64,000 nt of DNA from a virus, in the IMG/VR virus record IMGVR_UViG_3300046536_000173, positions 1 to 64,000 of that record, one strand, 5' to 3'. The position numbers and the translations under genes were made by a program. Positions 26,601 through 34,884 of this stretch are shown one piece after another. Numbering within the stretch: position 1 is the first letter of the stretch; every line of letters starts with the position of its first letter. The notes beneath the pieces are model-generated. The model saw only the letters and a program-made list of their open reading frames with translations, ran no database searches and had not been told where the DNA came from.

Positions 26601-28085
26601 ATGCACCGCATCGACAATTCGACCGCCGTCACCGTGATGCCGATCCGCAAGCCCGCTGGCACCGAAGGGTTCTTCACTCAAGGTAACCAAACGTCTGGCC
26701 AGCTCGCGACGATCGTCGAGGCCGACATCCTCAACGCGCTGATGATGGAGATCGCGAACGTCGTCACACGCGCGGGCATCGCGCTGAACAAGCTCGACGA
26801 CACGCAGCTATGGGCCGCGATCAACGCGCTGATCAACGCCTCCCGCCTGGGGTTCATGCCTGTCGAGCAAGGCGGCGGATACCTCCAGGGCAGCAACAAA
26901 GTCCGCATCGGTTGGGCGACGGACGGCAGCGGACTGAAAGCGCAGGTCGATGCGACCGACCTGGGGCCGATCGCGTTCCTCCAGCGCGCGCAAACCTTCA
27001 CCGCGACGCAGAGCTTCCAGACCGTCAATGTGACGACGATCAACGGCGGAACCTTCAGCGGATCGTCGATCTATTCAAGCGGCGCGATGACCGCCGCCGG
27101 AACCGTGACGGGCGGAACCGTCAACAGCAATGGCAACATGACCGCGAGCGGTGGAATGTATGCGGGCTATATTGCCTCGACCGGCAACATCAACGCAGCC
27201 GGAACCTTCACGGGTGGCGCCGTGTCGGTCACGGGCGGCGTCAACGGCAACGGACAGGTTCGCGGCGGTTCGATAATGAGCGCGGGCGGCATTTTCTATG
27301 TCGCCGACAACCTCGCTTACTATGTCGGGCGCGGCGGGGACGGAGCGTGGCGGTTCGTCGAAAACGGCAACGTCACTTGCACGATCGACGGCGCTGGCAA
27401 CCTGACCTCCGCTGGTGCCATCGCGTGCACCTATCTGACCAGCCACGGCGGCGGGAGCTTCGCGGGCGACGTATGGTCGGGTGGTGCCCTTACCTCGACC
27501 GGCAACACGAACGTCGGCAACTCGATCGTCATTCAACACGATGTCATCTTCGCCAACGCGACCAATCCGGGCCGATCTTCCCTGTTCGGCAACGGCGATC
27601 TTGGCTCGCTGATCCTGAATGTCTCGGGCGGCGGCGAGTGCGCGATCCGAGGCTATCGGTCGGCGGGTGAAACGCAGGTCATCGCGAATGGCGTGATCGG
27701 CCTCCGGATCGTGAACAACGGAGATGCCTACTTCATCGCCAACGTATTTGGCGCCGCGTTCAACCCTTCAGACACGCGCATCAAGGAACAGAGCGCGCCT
27801 TATACGCGCGGACTCGCCGACGTGCTGCGCATGACGCCCAAAGCCTACAAGCTGAAGCGCGACCTGGACGGGCCGCTTCATGTGAGCATCGATGCGCAAG
27901 CATTGCTGGAAACCATCCCCGAAGCCGTGGTCGAGCGCGATTGCACGGAACAAGACGGGCTGGCCGATCAGCTTTTCATTCAACCCGACTTCGTGAATTA
28001 CGCCATGCTCAACGCCATAAAAGAGATGGCCGCGACGATCGACACGTTGACCGCCCGCGTCGCCGCGCTCGAAGGGGCGCGCTGA
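26601..28085 (+). CDS. Tail fibre with C-terminal S74-like chaperone
   Basis: MHRID...GFFT...EIANVV...DTQLWAAI anchor; SDTRIKE. Confidence 0.9.
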   Translation: MHRIDNSTAVTVMPIRKPAGTEGFFTQGNQTSGQLATIVEADILNALMMEIANVVTRAGIALNKLDDTQLWAAINALINASRLGFMPVEQGGGYLQGSNKVRIGWATDGSGLKAQVDATDLGPIAFLQRAQTFTATQSFQTVNVTTINGGTFSGSSIYSSGAMTAAGTVTGGTVNSNGNMTASGGMYAGYIASTGNINAAGTFTGGAVSVTGGVNGNGQVRGGSIMSAGGIFYVADNLAYYVGRGGDGAWRFVENGNVTCTIDGAGNLTSAGAIACTYLTSHGGGSFAGDVWSGGALTSTGNTNVGNSIVIQHDVIFANATNPGRSSLFGNGDLGSLILNVSGGGECAIRGYRSAGETQVIANGVIGLRIVNNGDAYFIANVFGAAFNPSDTRIKEQSAPYTRGLADVLRMTPKAYKLKRDLDGPLHVSIDAQALLETIPEAVVERDCTEQDGLADQLFIQPDFVNYAMLNAIKEMAATIDTLTARVAALEGAR

Positions 28086-28312
28086 TGTCCGATCCGTCGT
28101 CGCCGACGCCTCCAGCCGCGCCGCACAGCAGCGTCATGGTGTCAATCAGCGAGCGGCTGATTCGCGTGCTCCCGCCCGCCTTCATCGCGCTTCTGGTGAT
28201 CAACGTGCTGTTTATCGGGGTCATCGCCTGGGTGTTCGACCACAACGCCGAAACCCGCAACGCGCTCCTGACCAGGATCGTCGAGCGCTGTTTGCTGCCG
28301 CCGCCCCGCTAG
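28085..28312 (+). CDS. Small single-TM membrane protein (holin-like position)
   Basis: LPPAFIALLVINVLFIGVIAWVF; last gene of the late operon. Confidence 0.6.
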   Translation: MSDPSSPTPPAAPHSSVMVSISERLIRVLPPAFIALLVINVLFIGVIAWVFDHNAETRNALLTRIVERCLLPPPR

Positions 28313-28319
28313 ATCGATC

Positions 28320-28337
28320 TGGCGCGCCCGGCTGGAG
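28320..28337 (-). other. Candidate att core resembling a tRNA(Arg) 3' end (CTCCAGCCGGGCGCGCCA)
   Basis: Ends in CCA, resembles tRNA-Arg acceptor stem GGGCGCGCCA, lies just downstream of integrase. Confidence 0.45.
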
Positions 28338-28351
28338 CCGCCACACGCCGC

Positions 28352-28383
28352 AAAGCAAAAGGGGTGCCCGCTTGGACACCCCT
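28352..28383 (-). terminator. Intrinsic terminator after integrase
   Basis: GGGGTGTCC-AAGC-GGGCACCCC then TTTTGCTTT on minus strand. Confidence 0.7.
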
Positions 28384-28415
28384 CGCCGTCGTCGCCCCGT
28401 GGGGTCTTCCAGGGA

Positions 28416-29771
28416 CTAAGCCGCCCTCCTCAACTCGACGACGTTGGTCGCGTCGGTCTCGACCAGCCCGACCAGCGCCGACGCGGACGGAGCGCCGTCG
28501 AGCAATTGATTCGCCCATGCCGTCGCCAGCGCCCGCCGCTGCGCGACGAATGTCGCCTTGTTGTACCGCCCCTCGACCTCGCCGAACGCCTTATGCGCGA
28601 GCATGACATCGATCACGCGCCCCGCGCCGGGGTCCGCTTCGTTATTGATCGTCGAGAACGTCGCCCGCCAGCCGTGCACCGTATGCCGCCCCGTCAACCC
28701 GACGCGCGGAAGCGCGCGCCCCATGACTTCATTCAGGCACGACCGCTCGACGCTGCCGCGCATCCCCTGACCTGGAAATACGAAGTCGGAGGAGACGCCC
28801 GCCGCGACCTGGAGCGCGCGCGCCGCCCGGAACACGTCCGTCGCCTGGGGCGCGAGCGGGATGACGTGCTCGCGCTTGTGTCCGCGCCGTCCCTTCATAC
28901 GGGCGGCGGGGATCTTCCACGTCATGCCGTCCGCCGTCTCGACAAGCTCGCTCCACCGCGCCTCGACGCCCTCCAGCTTACGGACAGCCGTCAACGCGAT
29001 CAGCCGATGCGCGAGCTTCGAGAACGGACCCGACGCGCTCGCCTCCACCGCCCGCAACACCGCCCGCGCCTCCTCGATCGTCTCGACGTGCGCGCGACTG
29101 ACCTCGCGCGGATCGCCCGCGACGCGCTTCGGCAAATCCGCCGCGATCGCCCGTACCGGGTTTTCCGTGACCAGCTTCCTCCGCAACGCGTAATCGAACA
29201 GCAATTGCAAATTCTGTTGCACATGCACCGCTTGCGCGCGGAGCGCCGGTCGATCGCCGCGCGCCTTCGTCAGGCCGATGATCAGCGCCTCGACCTCGCT
29301 CGCCGTGACCCGTGCGATCGGACGATCGCCGATCACCGGGTAAATGTGATTCCGAAGCCGAAGCTCGACGTTGCGCGTATGCGTCGCCGACCAGCCGCGC
29401 GCCTCCTGGGAGATGTCGAACCACGCCGCCCCGACGACGCGCACCGTCGCCGCGTCCGCCTCGCGCCGCGTCGCGCGCGCCTCCTGCCGATCGTGCGCCG
29501 GATCGCCGCCTTCGCGGATTGTGCGCCGCAATTCGTCGCGCTTGCCCTTCGCCTCGACGATCCCGAGATCGGGCCACCGCCCAATGATCGTCGCCTGATG
29601 CTTGCCCGCGACGTGGTAGTGCACCTGCCACGACTTCGCGCCGCCCGCGCCGACCAGCAAGTAAAGCCCGCCGCCGAAGCGGAGCTTGGCCCCCGCCTTC
29701 GCCGCCTTTATGTCCGCGCCCGTCGCGAGCTTGCCCGCTTGCCGCGCCGCGTCCTGAATGGTAGTGGTCAT
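28416..29771 (-). CDS. int: Tyrosine integrase, P4/IntA type with arm-binding domain
   Basis: GGGLYLLV..GAKSW; TAVRKLE; HTVHGWRATFST; LAH; RYN. Confidence 0.96.
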   Translation of the reverse strand: MTTTIQDAARQAGKLATGADIKAAKAGAKLRFGGGLYLLVGAGGAKSWQVHYHVAGKHQATIIGRWPDLGIVEAKGKRDELRRTIREGGDPAHDRQEARATRREADAATVRVVGAAWFDISQEARGWSATHTRNVELRLRNHIYPVIGDRPIARVTASEVEALIIGLTKARGDRPALRAQAVHVQQNLQLLFDYALRRKLVTENPVRAIAADLPKRVAGDPREVSRAHVETIEEARAVLRAVEASASGPFSKLAHRLIALTAVRKLEGVEARWSELVETADGMTWKIPAARMKGRRGHKREHVIPLAPQATDVFRAARALQVAAGVSSDFVFPGQGMRGSVERSCLNEVMGRALPRVGLTGRHTVHGWRATFSTINNEADPGAGRVIDVMLAHKAFGEVEGRYNKATFVAQRRALATAWANQLLDGAPSASALVGLVETDATNVVELRRAA

Positions 29772-29834
29772 GTGTGAATCCCTTTCGTTGGAATGCAGAA
29801 CGGGCGCCCCTGCCAGGGAGCGCCCGTTTCGTTG

Positions 29835-30146
29835 TCAGTCATTGCAAGAGGAAGGCCGGGGCTGTTCGTTGCACCGCCCCGACTCCCGATTGAACTTCCG
29901 CCAGCGCGCCGCTTCCGCTTCCTCGGCCCGTTGCTTTTGCTCACGTGCCGCCTCGAATTCCCGCCTGGAGATCGAGGGGACGTTTGTGAAGCAGACGATC
30001 CGCCAATCACCGTTGACGATGATCCGCGTTTCGTCATTCGGGCAGACCCACAGTCCATCTGCCCGCTGGTGCGGGACCATCTGCGCCTGGGCGGTCGCGA
30101 ACGTGCCGACCGCCAGGACCGCCGCGAGGAGCGTCGCGCGGATCAT
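29835..30146 (-). CDS. Secreted/periplasmic Cys-containing hypothetical protein
   Basis: Signal peptide MIRATLLAAVLAVGTFATAQA; four Cys. Confidence 0.65.
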   Translation of the reverse strand: MIRATLLAAVLAVGTFATAQAQMVPHQRADGLWVCPNDETRIIVNGDWRIVCFTNVPSISRREFEAAREQKQRAEEAEAARWRKFNRESGRCNEQPRPSSCND

Positions 30147-30427
30147 CGACCCGCGTCCGCCGTGAGCCGCGCCAGCTTCGCCGCGCAGCGTGCGCAGATC
30201 GGAACCGCCCCGAGGATCGGATGCGCCGCCGTCGCCGTCGCCGGGTTGTCGCACAGCGCGAACCATTTGCACTTGGCTGGAGCCGCTTCGTCGATCGCCG
30301 CGATCTCGCGATCCCGCCGCCACTTCGCCTCGGCGCGCGTCATGCCGTCCCATTTCACGCGCCCATCGACCATGACGCACCATTGGTGCCCGTCGTCGCC
30401 CCCGATCTGTCGGATCGTCACGCGCAT
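30143..30427 (-). CDS. Hypothetical protein with C-terminal Zn-finger-like motif
   Basis: CKWFALC...ICARC; overlaps neighbour. Confidence 0.65.
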   Translation of the reverse strand: MRVTIRQIGGDDGHQWCVMVDGRVKWDGMTRAEAKWRRDREIAAIDEAAPAKCKWFALCDNPATATAAHPILGAVPICARCAAKLARLTADAGR

Positions 30428-30430
30428 CGA

Positions 30431-30670
30431 TCAGCCCTCGCCCGCGTTGAGCTTCGCGACGATCGCATCGATCGCCGCCTGTTCGCCCGCGCAAGCGACC
30501 ATCCGCAGATCGCGCGCCGCGTGCCCGTGCTCGCGATAGTCCGCGCGCTCGGCCTCGACCTCCGCTTTCGCCCATGAGCCGAACGCGACGCCCCACCGCT
30601 CGCCGGGTTCATACCGTGAGAGGAGGACGTGATACTTGCGCGTCGCCGTCGTTGCTGTTTTCGTCGTCAT
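30431..30670 (-). CDS. Hypothetical protein
   Basis: 79-aa ORF, first gene left of the 30.7-30.95 kb intergenic region. Confidence 0.65.
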   Translation of the reverse strand: MTTKTATTATRKYHVLLSRYEPGERWGVAFGSWAKAEVEAERADYREHGHAARDLRMVACAGEQAAIDAIVAKLNAGEG

Positions 30671-30683
30671 GTTGGAGTCCCTT

Positions 30684-30910
30684 TCATGCGGAAATCATGC
30701 GGAGCAGGATGTCATACCCTGTCGTCACATTGCATTCCGTGCAAGGGGAGGTGGACGCTTATGGCTGAAAACACAAGGAAATGTCGCGCCCTGTCGGACC
30801 CTGACGTTGCACCCCGCGATGTGTTCAACAACGCCGGATGATGGTCTAAGTGGCTGTGGCAGTAGGGTTTCCGCCGATCCATGCGATCGACCATGCGAGA
30901 AAACATGCGA
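30684..30910. repeat. Phased CATGCG(A/G) direct repeats, 2 + 3 copies (integrase arm-site-like)
   Basis: TCATGCGGA at 30684 and 30695; CATGCGA at 30880, 30892, 30904. Confidence 0.6.
30729..30745. promoter_or_regulatory. Operator TTGCA-N5-TGCAA
   Basis: ATTGCATTCCGTGCAAG. Confidence 0.65.
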
Positions 30911-30933
30911 ACGCGCATGGGTGCCACGTTCAC

Positions 30934-30950
30934 CTTGCATGGATTGCAAC
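30934..30950. promoter_or_regulatory. Operator TTGCA-N5-TGCAA
   Basis: CTTGCATGGATTGCAAC. Confidence 0.65.
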
Positions 30951-30953
30951 CGA

Positions 30954-31085
30954 TCAGCGCTGATCGAGGCCGGTTCCCCGCGCGAGCCGCCGATACGCCG
31001 CAAGCTCCGCGCGATCGAACCCCCACGAGACGAACGACCCGACCAGCGCGCCGAACGCGAACGCCGCGAGGAGCGCGTAAATCAT
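30954..31085 (-). CDS. 43-aa membrane peptide
   Basis: MIYALLAAFAFGALVGSFVSWG; overlaps stop of upstream gene. Confidence 0.55.
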   Translation of the reverse strand: MIYALLAAFAFGALVGSFVSWGFDRAELAAYRRLARGTGLDQR

Positions 31086-31429
31086 CCCCCGCCCTGCCAC
31101 CGCATGAACGCCGCGAGCGCTGCCGCTTCCGTCTCCGTGAGCGGAGCATCATCCTCCATCGCCGCGAACAGCTTCGCGGAATCCTCCGCGTCGATGACGC
31201 GCCGACCGTCGTCGAGCACGGAGCAACGCAGATCGACGCCGAATACGCTGATCACGCCCGACCATACCGCTTTGGGGATCTGACCCGGACCACGCATCCG
31301 CGCCGGGGTCACAACGCGATCATTGCACGCGCGGCAACATCGTCCCTCCGCCACCGGCTCCGCGTTGTGCCCGCGCGCCCAGCCGCTGGCCCGCACCGCG
31401 ATCTCGCACCCGCATATGACGCAGATCAT
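31082..31429 (-). CDS. Hypothetical protein with Cys-rich N-terminus
   Basis: CVICG...GHNAEPVAEGRCCRACN. Confidence 0.7.
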   Translation of the reverse strand: MICVICGCEIAVRASGWARGHNAEPVAEGRCCRACNDRVVTPARMRGPGQIPKAVWSGVISVFGVDLRCSVLDDGRRVIDAEDSAKLFAAMEDDAPLTETEAAALAAFMRWQGGG

Positions 31430-31863
31430 GGCCTCCCCCTTCGCTCGCGAACCTCAACCGTGGGCGCCAAGCGCGCGACCTCCTCGATCGAGCACGGCTT
31501 GCGCCATTGCGCGCTTGTGAACTCGCGTCCGACTTCCGCCGTCATCTCGCCATCCGATACCGCGATCACCGCCTCGGTGGTGCCGCACATGTCGAAGATT
31601 CGATCGCGGGTGGCTTCGATCCGTCTCCGCATTGTCGGGGTCCAACGGACCACCGGGATCGGGCGTGCTTTGGCGAGGTCATGCAGCGCTAGACTCAGAT
31701 GCCAAAGCGGTCGGCCCGATGCGTAGACGCTTCATTCAAGACCAATGTTCACGGTCAAGCACGCCGATACGCTGTCGCCCGCCCACCAATAGTGGCCCTC
31801 GACGATCTGGCGCTCCGGGTCGAACACCGGATGCGACAACGCGAATTCGATCTGTGATCTCAT
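31426..31863 (-). pseudogene. 145-codon hypothetical gene with in-frame TGA at codon 44
   Basis: Strong GAGGAGGAGG RBS; NIGLE*SVYASGRPLWHLSLA continues in frame into ORF 31426-31653. Confidence 0.55.
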
Positions 31864-32084
31864 GCTTTCCTCCTCCTCGATGATCGCCCCGCTGGAGCCG
31901 CTGGGCGCGTCGCACGCGGGTCGGGGGCCGCGCCCGCTGTCGTCGTGTCCCGCCCTGGCACGAGCCAGCCGTGGGCCTCCTCGCAGCGTAGGCACCATCC
32001 CTGGTCCGGCTTGCCCGTCGCGATCTCGCCCGGAGCGACCGCCATCGACTTACGCCCGCAGTCGGTGCACCGGGGCAGTGTCAA
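31860..32084 (-). CDS. Small Zn-finger protein
   Basis: CTDC...CLRC; TTG start after GGAGGAGG. Confidence 0.55.
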   Translation of the reverse strand: MTLPRCTDCGRKSMAVAPGEIATGKPDQGWCLRCEEAHGWLVPGRDTTTAGAAPDPRATRPAAPAGRSSRRRKA

Positions 32085-32299
32085 TCCTCCTCCTCCCCGT
32101 CGTCGCCGACATAGAAGTTCGCTTCGCCCTCCGGGCACTCCTCGCGAAGCAACACGAGACAGCGCCGCACGCTTGCGGGGCCGGTGCCGAATGACTCCGT
32201 CGAATGACCGCACCGCTCGCACGTCGCCGATACGCCTTCGACTTCGCGCCCGTCGTCGTTTTCCAGGTCGATGAAATCGATCGAGCACGAGACTTTCAC
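32081..32299 (-). CDS. Acidic Cys-containing hypothetical protein
   Basis: TCERCGH..ESFG..PASVRRCL...ECP. Confidence 0.65.
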   Translation of the reverse strand: MKVSCSIDFIDLENDDGREVEGVSATCERCGHSTESFGTGPASVRRCLVLLREECPEGEANFYVGDDGEEED

Positions 32300-32391
32300 G
32301 GCACCCGCATCGCCTCGATCGTCAACAGCACGATCCCGACCCATGCGACCGCGAGGAACGCGACCAGAGCGAGGAGCCGCGCCATCGCGCG

Positions 32392-32706
32392 TCAATGCGC
32401 CCCGTGCGGGCCGGGTTGCTCCGCGAGGATCGACAGCATCATTCGCCCGAAGCGCTCCATATCGCCCGCCGTGTCCGCGTCGATGCCTGTCGGATGATCG
32501 ATCAGCTGGTCCGCATACCATTGGACCTCTGGCAGGGTCAGCGCTGCCGTCGTGTCGCCGATCGTAAACAAAAGATGATGCGCGCCGCGCCCCGTCTCGA
32601 CCGGAACGGCCATCATCGTTTCCAGGTGAAACACCTGACCCGCGAGCCGGAACGCGCGCAACAGCGCGAGCATCCCGACATGGCCGCGCAACGCTTCAGT
32701 CCGCAT
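32392..32706 (-). CDS. Hypothetical protein
   Basis: MRTEALRGHVG...; coupled within early operon. Confidence 0.6.
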   Translation of the reverse strand: MRTEALRGHVGMLALLRAFRLAGQVFHLETMMAVPVETGRGAHHLLFTIGDTTAALTLPEVQWYADQLIDHPTGIDADTAGDMERFGRMMLSILAEQPGPHGAH

Positions 32707-32911
32707 CGATCGCCGCCTTCTTCGTCGGGTAGAGCATGTCCGCGACAAGCTGCGCCGCGCGCATGGTCTGAAACGGCTTGTCGCAGCACGGGCACCGATC
32801 AAGCGGAAGCCGCTCGCTGGGCGGTGGCATGATCACAAGCCCGTCGATCCCCTCGACAATCGCCAGCCCGTCGCAACGCTTACCGTCGGTCGTCCATCGC
32901 TCCTCGCTCAT
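32696..32911 (-). CDS. Hypothetical protein with CPCC motif
   Basis: MSEERW...RCPCCDKPF. Confidence 0.6.
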   Translation of the reverse strand: MSEERWTTDGKRCDGLAIVEGIDGLVIMPPPSERLPLDRCPCCDKPFQTMRAAQLVADMLYPTKKAAIDAD

Positions 32912-33104
32912 GTTCGCGTTCCCTCTCAAGGTGGTTCAAAACCGCGTCCATCACGTCGATGCGGCGATCCGCCCGCCGCCGGTTCATCCGCCCCTCGCGA
33001 CACGCGCGCCCGTAAACCTCGCGCCGCATCTGACACTCGCGCTGAATCTCCTCGATCATGTCGTCGATCGAGACAGGGTGGCGGGGGAGGAGATCATCCG
33101 ACAT
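32880..33104 (-). CDS. Hypothetical phage protein
   Basis: IQRECQMRREVY...ADRRIDVMDAVL. Confidence 0.7.
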   Translation of the reverse strand: MSDDLLPRHPVSIDDMIEEIQRECQMRREVYGRACREGRMNRRRADRRIDVMDAVLNHLEREREHERGAMDDRR

Positions 33105-33372
33105 CGCGCCGCCTCCGCTTGTCGCCCGCCGCCTGGGCCTCGCGCAGCCGCGCGACGTAGGCGTTGTAATCGCTCGCCCGCCAGCGTGGGGTGTTGTGCC
33201 CGAGCATCAACGGCGCGGGGAACGCGCCTTCCCTCACGAGCCGTTGCACCGTCCGCTGGGTGACGTGCAGCAATTGCGCGACCGTGCGCTGATCGATCAG
33301 CCGGGGGACGATCGCGCTCGCCGCGCCCGCGTCCGCCTCGATCTCGACCGGAGCCGTCCGCGCCGCCATCAC
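33094..33372 (-). CDS. AlpA-family HTH / excisionase
   Basis: VAQLLHVTQRTVQRLVREGAFPAPL.LG...RW. Confidence 0.85.
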   Translation of the reverse strand: MMAARTAPVEIEADAGAASAIVPRLIDQRTVAQLLHVTQRTVQRLVREGAFPAPLMLGHNTPRWRASDYNAYVARLREAQAAGDKRRRRDVG

Positions 33373-33614
33373 GCAGCCGCCGACGCCGCGCCTCGCAGGT
33401 GCGGCATCATCGGGGGTTCGTCCGCTTCCGCTTCCGCTTCCGGTGCATCGACCTGGGCGATCACCGGCATGTCGCGCAACCGCGCCTTGACGTAATCGAC
33501 GACGAACTCGCGCCGATCCTGGTGTAGCGTCGCGACCAGATCGAACACGCGCGAGATCACGAGCAATTCGTGATCATGGGTCAGCTTGCCGCGCGTCGGT
33601 TGTTTCGTGCTCAT
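33369..33614 (-). CDS. Hypothetical protein
   Basis: MSTKQPTRG...; overlaps recT stop. Confidence 0.6.
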   Translation of the reverse strand: MSTKQPTRGKLTHDHELLVISRVFDLVATLHQDRREFVVDYVKARLRDMPVIAQVDAPEAEAEADEPPMMPHLRGAASAAA

Positions 33615-34882
33615 GTGCTTTTGCTCCCCTTCAGGATTGCCCGCCGTGTCGCGATCGCTTCGTTCAACCGATCCTGGTCGGGCGGAAAGTCGATCGCCGC
33701 GCGCGTCTTCGCCCGCCATTCCGCGCTGGTCGCCAGCGCGTCGAGCGCGATCAGGTCCATCGCCTCGACCTCCGCGAGCAATTCGAGGATCGGATCGTCT
33801 GGCCATCCCTCGACGCCTGGAGGATTGCCGCCGCCCGGGTCGAAGCCCGGAGGAGCGCCGCTGTCGAAGCCTGGAGGAGCGGGCCAATCGGGCGGGGGCG
33901 GCTGCTCCGCGACCTTGCGCACACGCTCGCGCGCCGTGCTGATCATCCTGGTGATCTGATCGCGGATCAGCGTCGGCGCCGTTGCGAGCGAAGCGACCAC
34001 GCGCTCGTGCCGCTCGATCGCCGCGACCCGCGCCTCCGTCGTCGCCGCCATGAGGAGCGCCGACAGGTTCCGCAGCCATAGCGTGCCGTTGCCTTCCATG
34101 AGCGGAGCGAAGCCCTCCAGCGCGTCGCCAGAGGGCGGCGGTGGGGGTGGTTGCTCCACGACCTTGCGATCGCGCTCCGTCATGCCAGGATCACCGTGGT
34201 CGATCGTGCCCTCGATCGTCACGCCGCCCGTGTCGGTCTCGTGGTCTTCCATCTCCTCGGCGGTGTAGCCCAGGCCCTCCTCGGGGAACGCCGCGCGCAA
34301 CGTCGCCGCCTTCGTGCACTTGTGCAGCATTTGCCGGGGCGCCTTCGACCATCGGTCGTTGGGAACCTCCGTGCGGAAGCCCGCGCGCGCGTAGCATTCC
34401 TCGAAGAACAATTGCTCGGTGAACGCGCGACGCTCGCCGCCGACCAGCCGCCAGACCGTCACCGCGCACGATGTCGGATAGGTCATCGTAATCTCGACCG
34501 CGCGCTTGCTGCCGTCGTCGTTGTCTATCGTGCCGCGAAAGGTGCGCTCGACCGCCGGTCCCCATTGCGGCAGGTCCATCCCCGCCCATGCTCCGGTGCG
34601 CGAAGCCGTGATCTCGACTTCGTTGATCCCTTGCATCACGACCTGGACGCGCCGCTTTAGCTTCGCGTTCCACATAGGGACTATGTGACAGGGCCTTTTG
34701 AACGGATCGAGACGACGCACCGCGCAGTATTCGACGACCGCCATGATGATCTCGGTCGTCTCGGCGGACGGATACAGATCGCACAGTGTCCGCCAGGACG
34801 CGTCGGTGCCGCCGAATATCGCGGGCTTGGTGTAGCGTGGCGCGACCGTCATCGCCTGCCGCTCGCGAGCTTGCTGCGCCAT
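33611..34882 (-). CDS. recT: RecT/Bet single-strand annealing protein
   Basis: LDPFKRPCHIVP, W.KAPRQMLHKC.KA..LRAAFP, YTAEEM. Confidence 0.9.
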   Translation of the reverse strand: MAQQARERQAMTVAPRYTKPAIFGGTDASWRTLCDLYPSAETTEIIMAVVEYCAVRRLDPFKRPCHIVPMWNAKLKRRVQVVMQGINEVEITASRTGAWAGMDLPQWGPAVERTFRGTIDNDDGSKRAVEITMTYPTSCAVTVWRLVGGERRAFTEQLFFEECYARAGFRTEVPNDRWSKAPRQMLHKCTKAATLRAAFPEEGLGYTAEEMEDHETDTGGVTIEGTIDHGDPGMTERDRKVVEQPPPPPPSGDALEGFAPLMEGNGTLWLRNLSALLMAATTEARVAAIERHERVVASLATAPTLIRDQITRMISTARERVRKVAEQPPPPDWPAPPGFDSGAPPGFDPGGGNPPGVEGWPDDPILELLAEVEAMDLIALDALATSAEWRAKTRAAIDFPPDQDRLNEAIATRRAILKGSKST

Positions 34883-34884
34883 CG

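Noticed and set aside
23140-27420. Diversity-generating retroelement TR/VR pair between spike and fibre
   Set aside because: No reverse transcriptase; both copies are coding and mismatches are not adenine-specific
13883-28085. Tailocin/eCIS or Mu-like transposable phage
   Set aside because: Capsid, terminase and tyrosine integrase are present; no transposase
1560-28085. HK97-type head with Mu-type tail as a novelty
   Set aside because: Known architecture (SfV/phiP27-like phages)
26601-28312. Invertible tail-fibre cassette (Gin/Cin type)
   Set aside because: No serine invertase, inverted fibre copy or flanking inverted repeats
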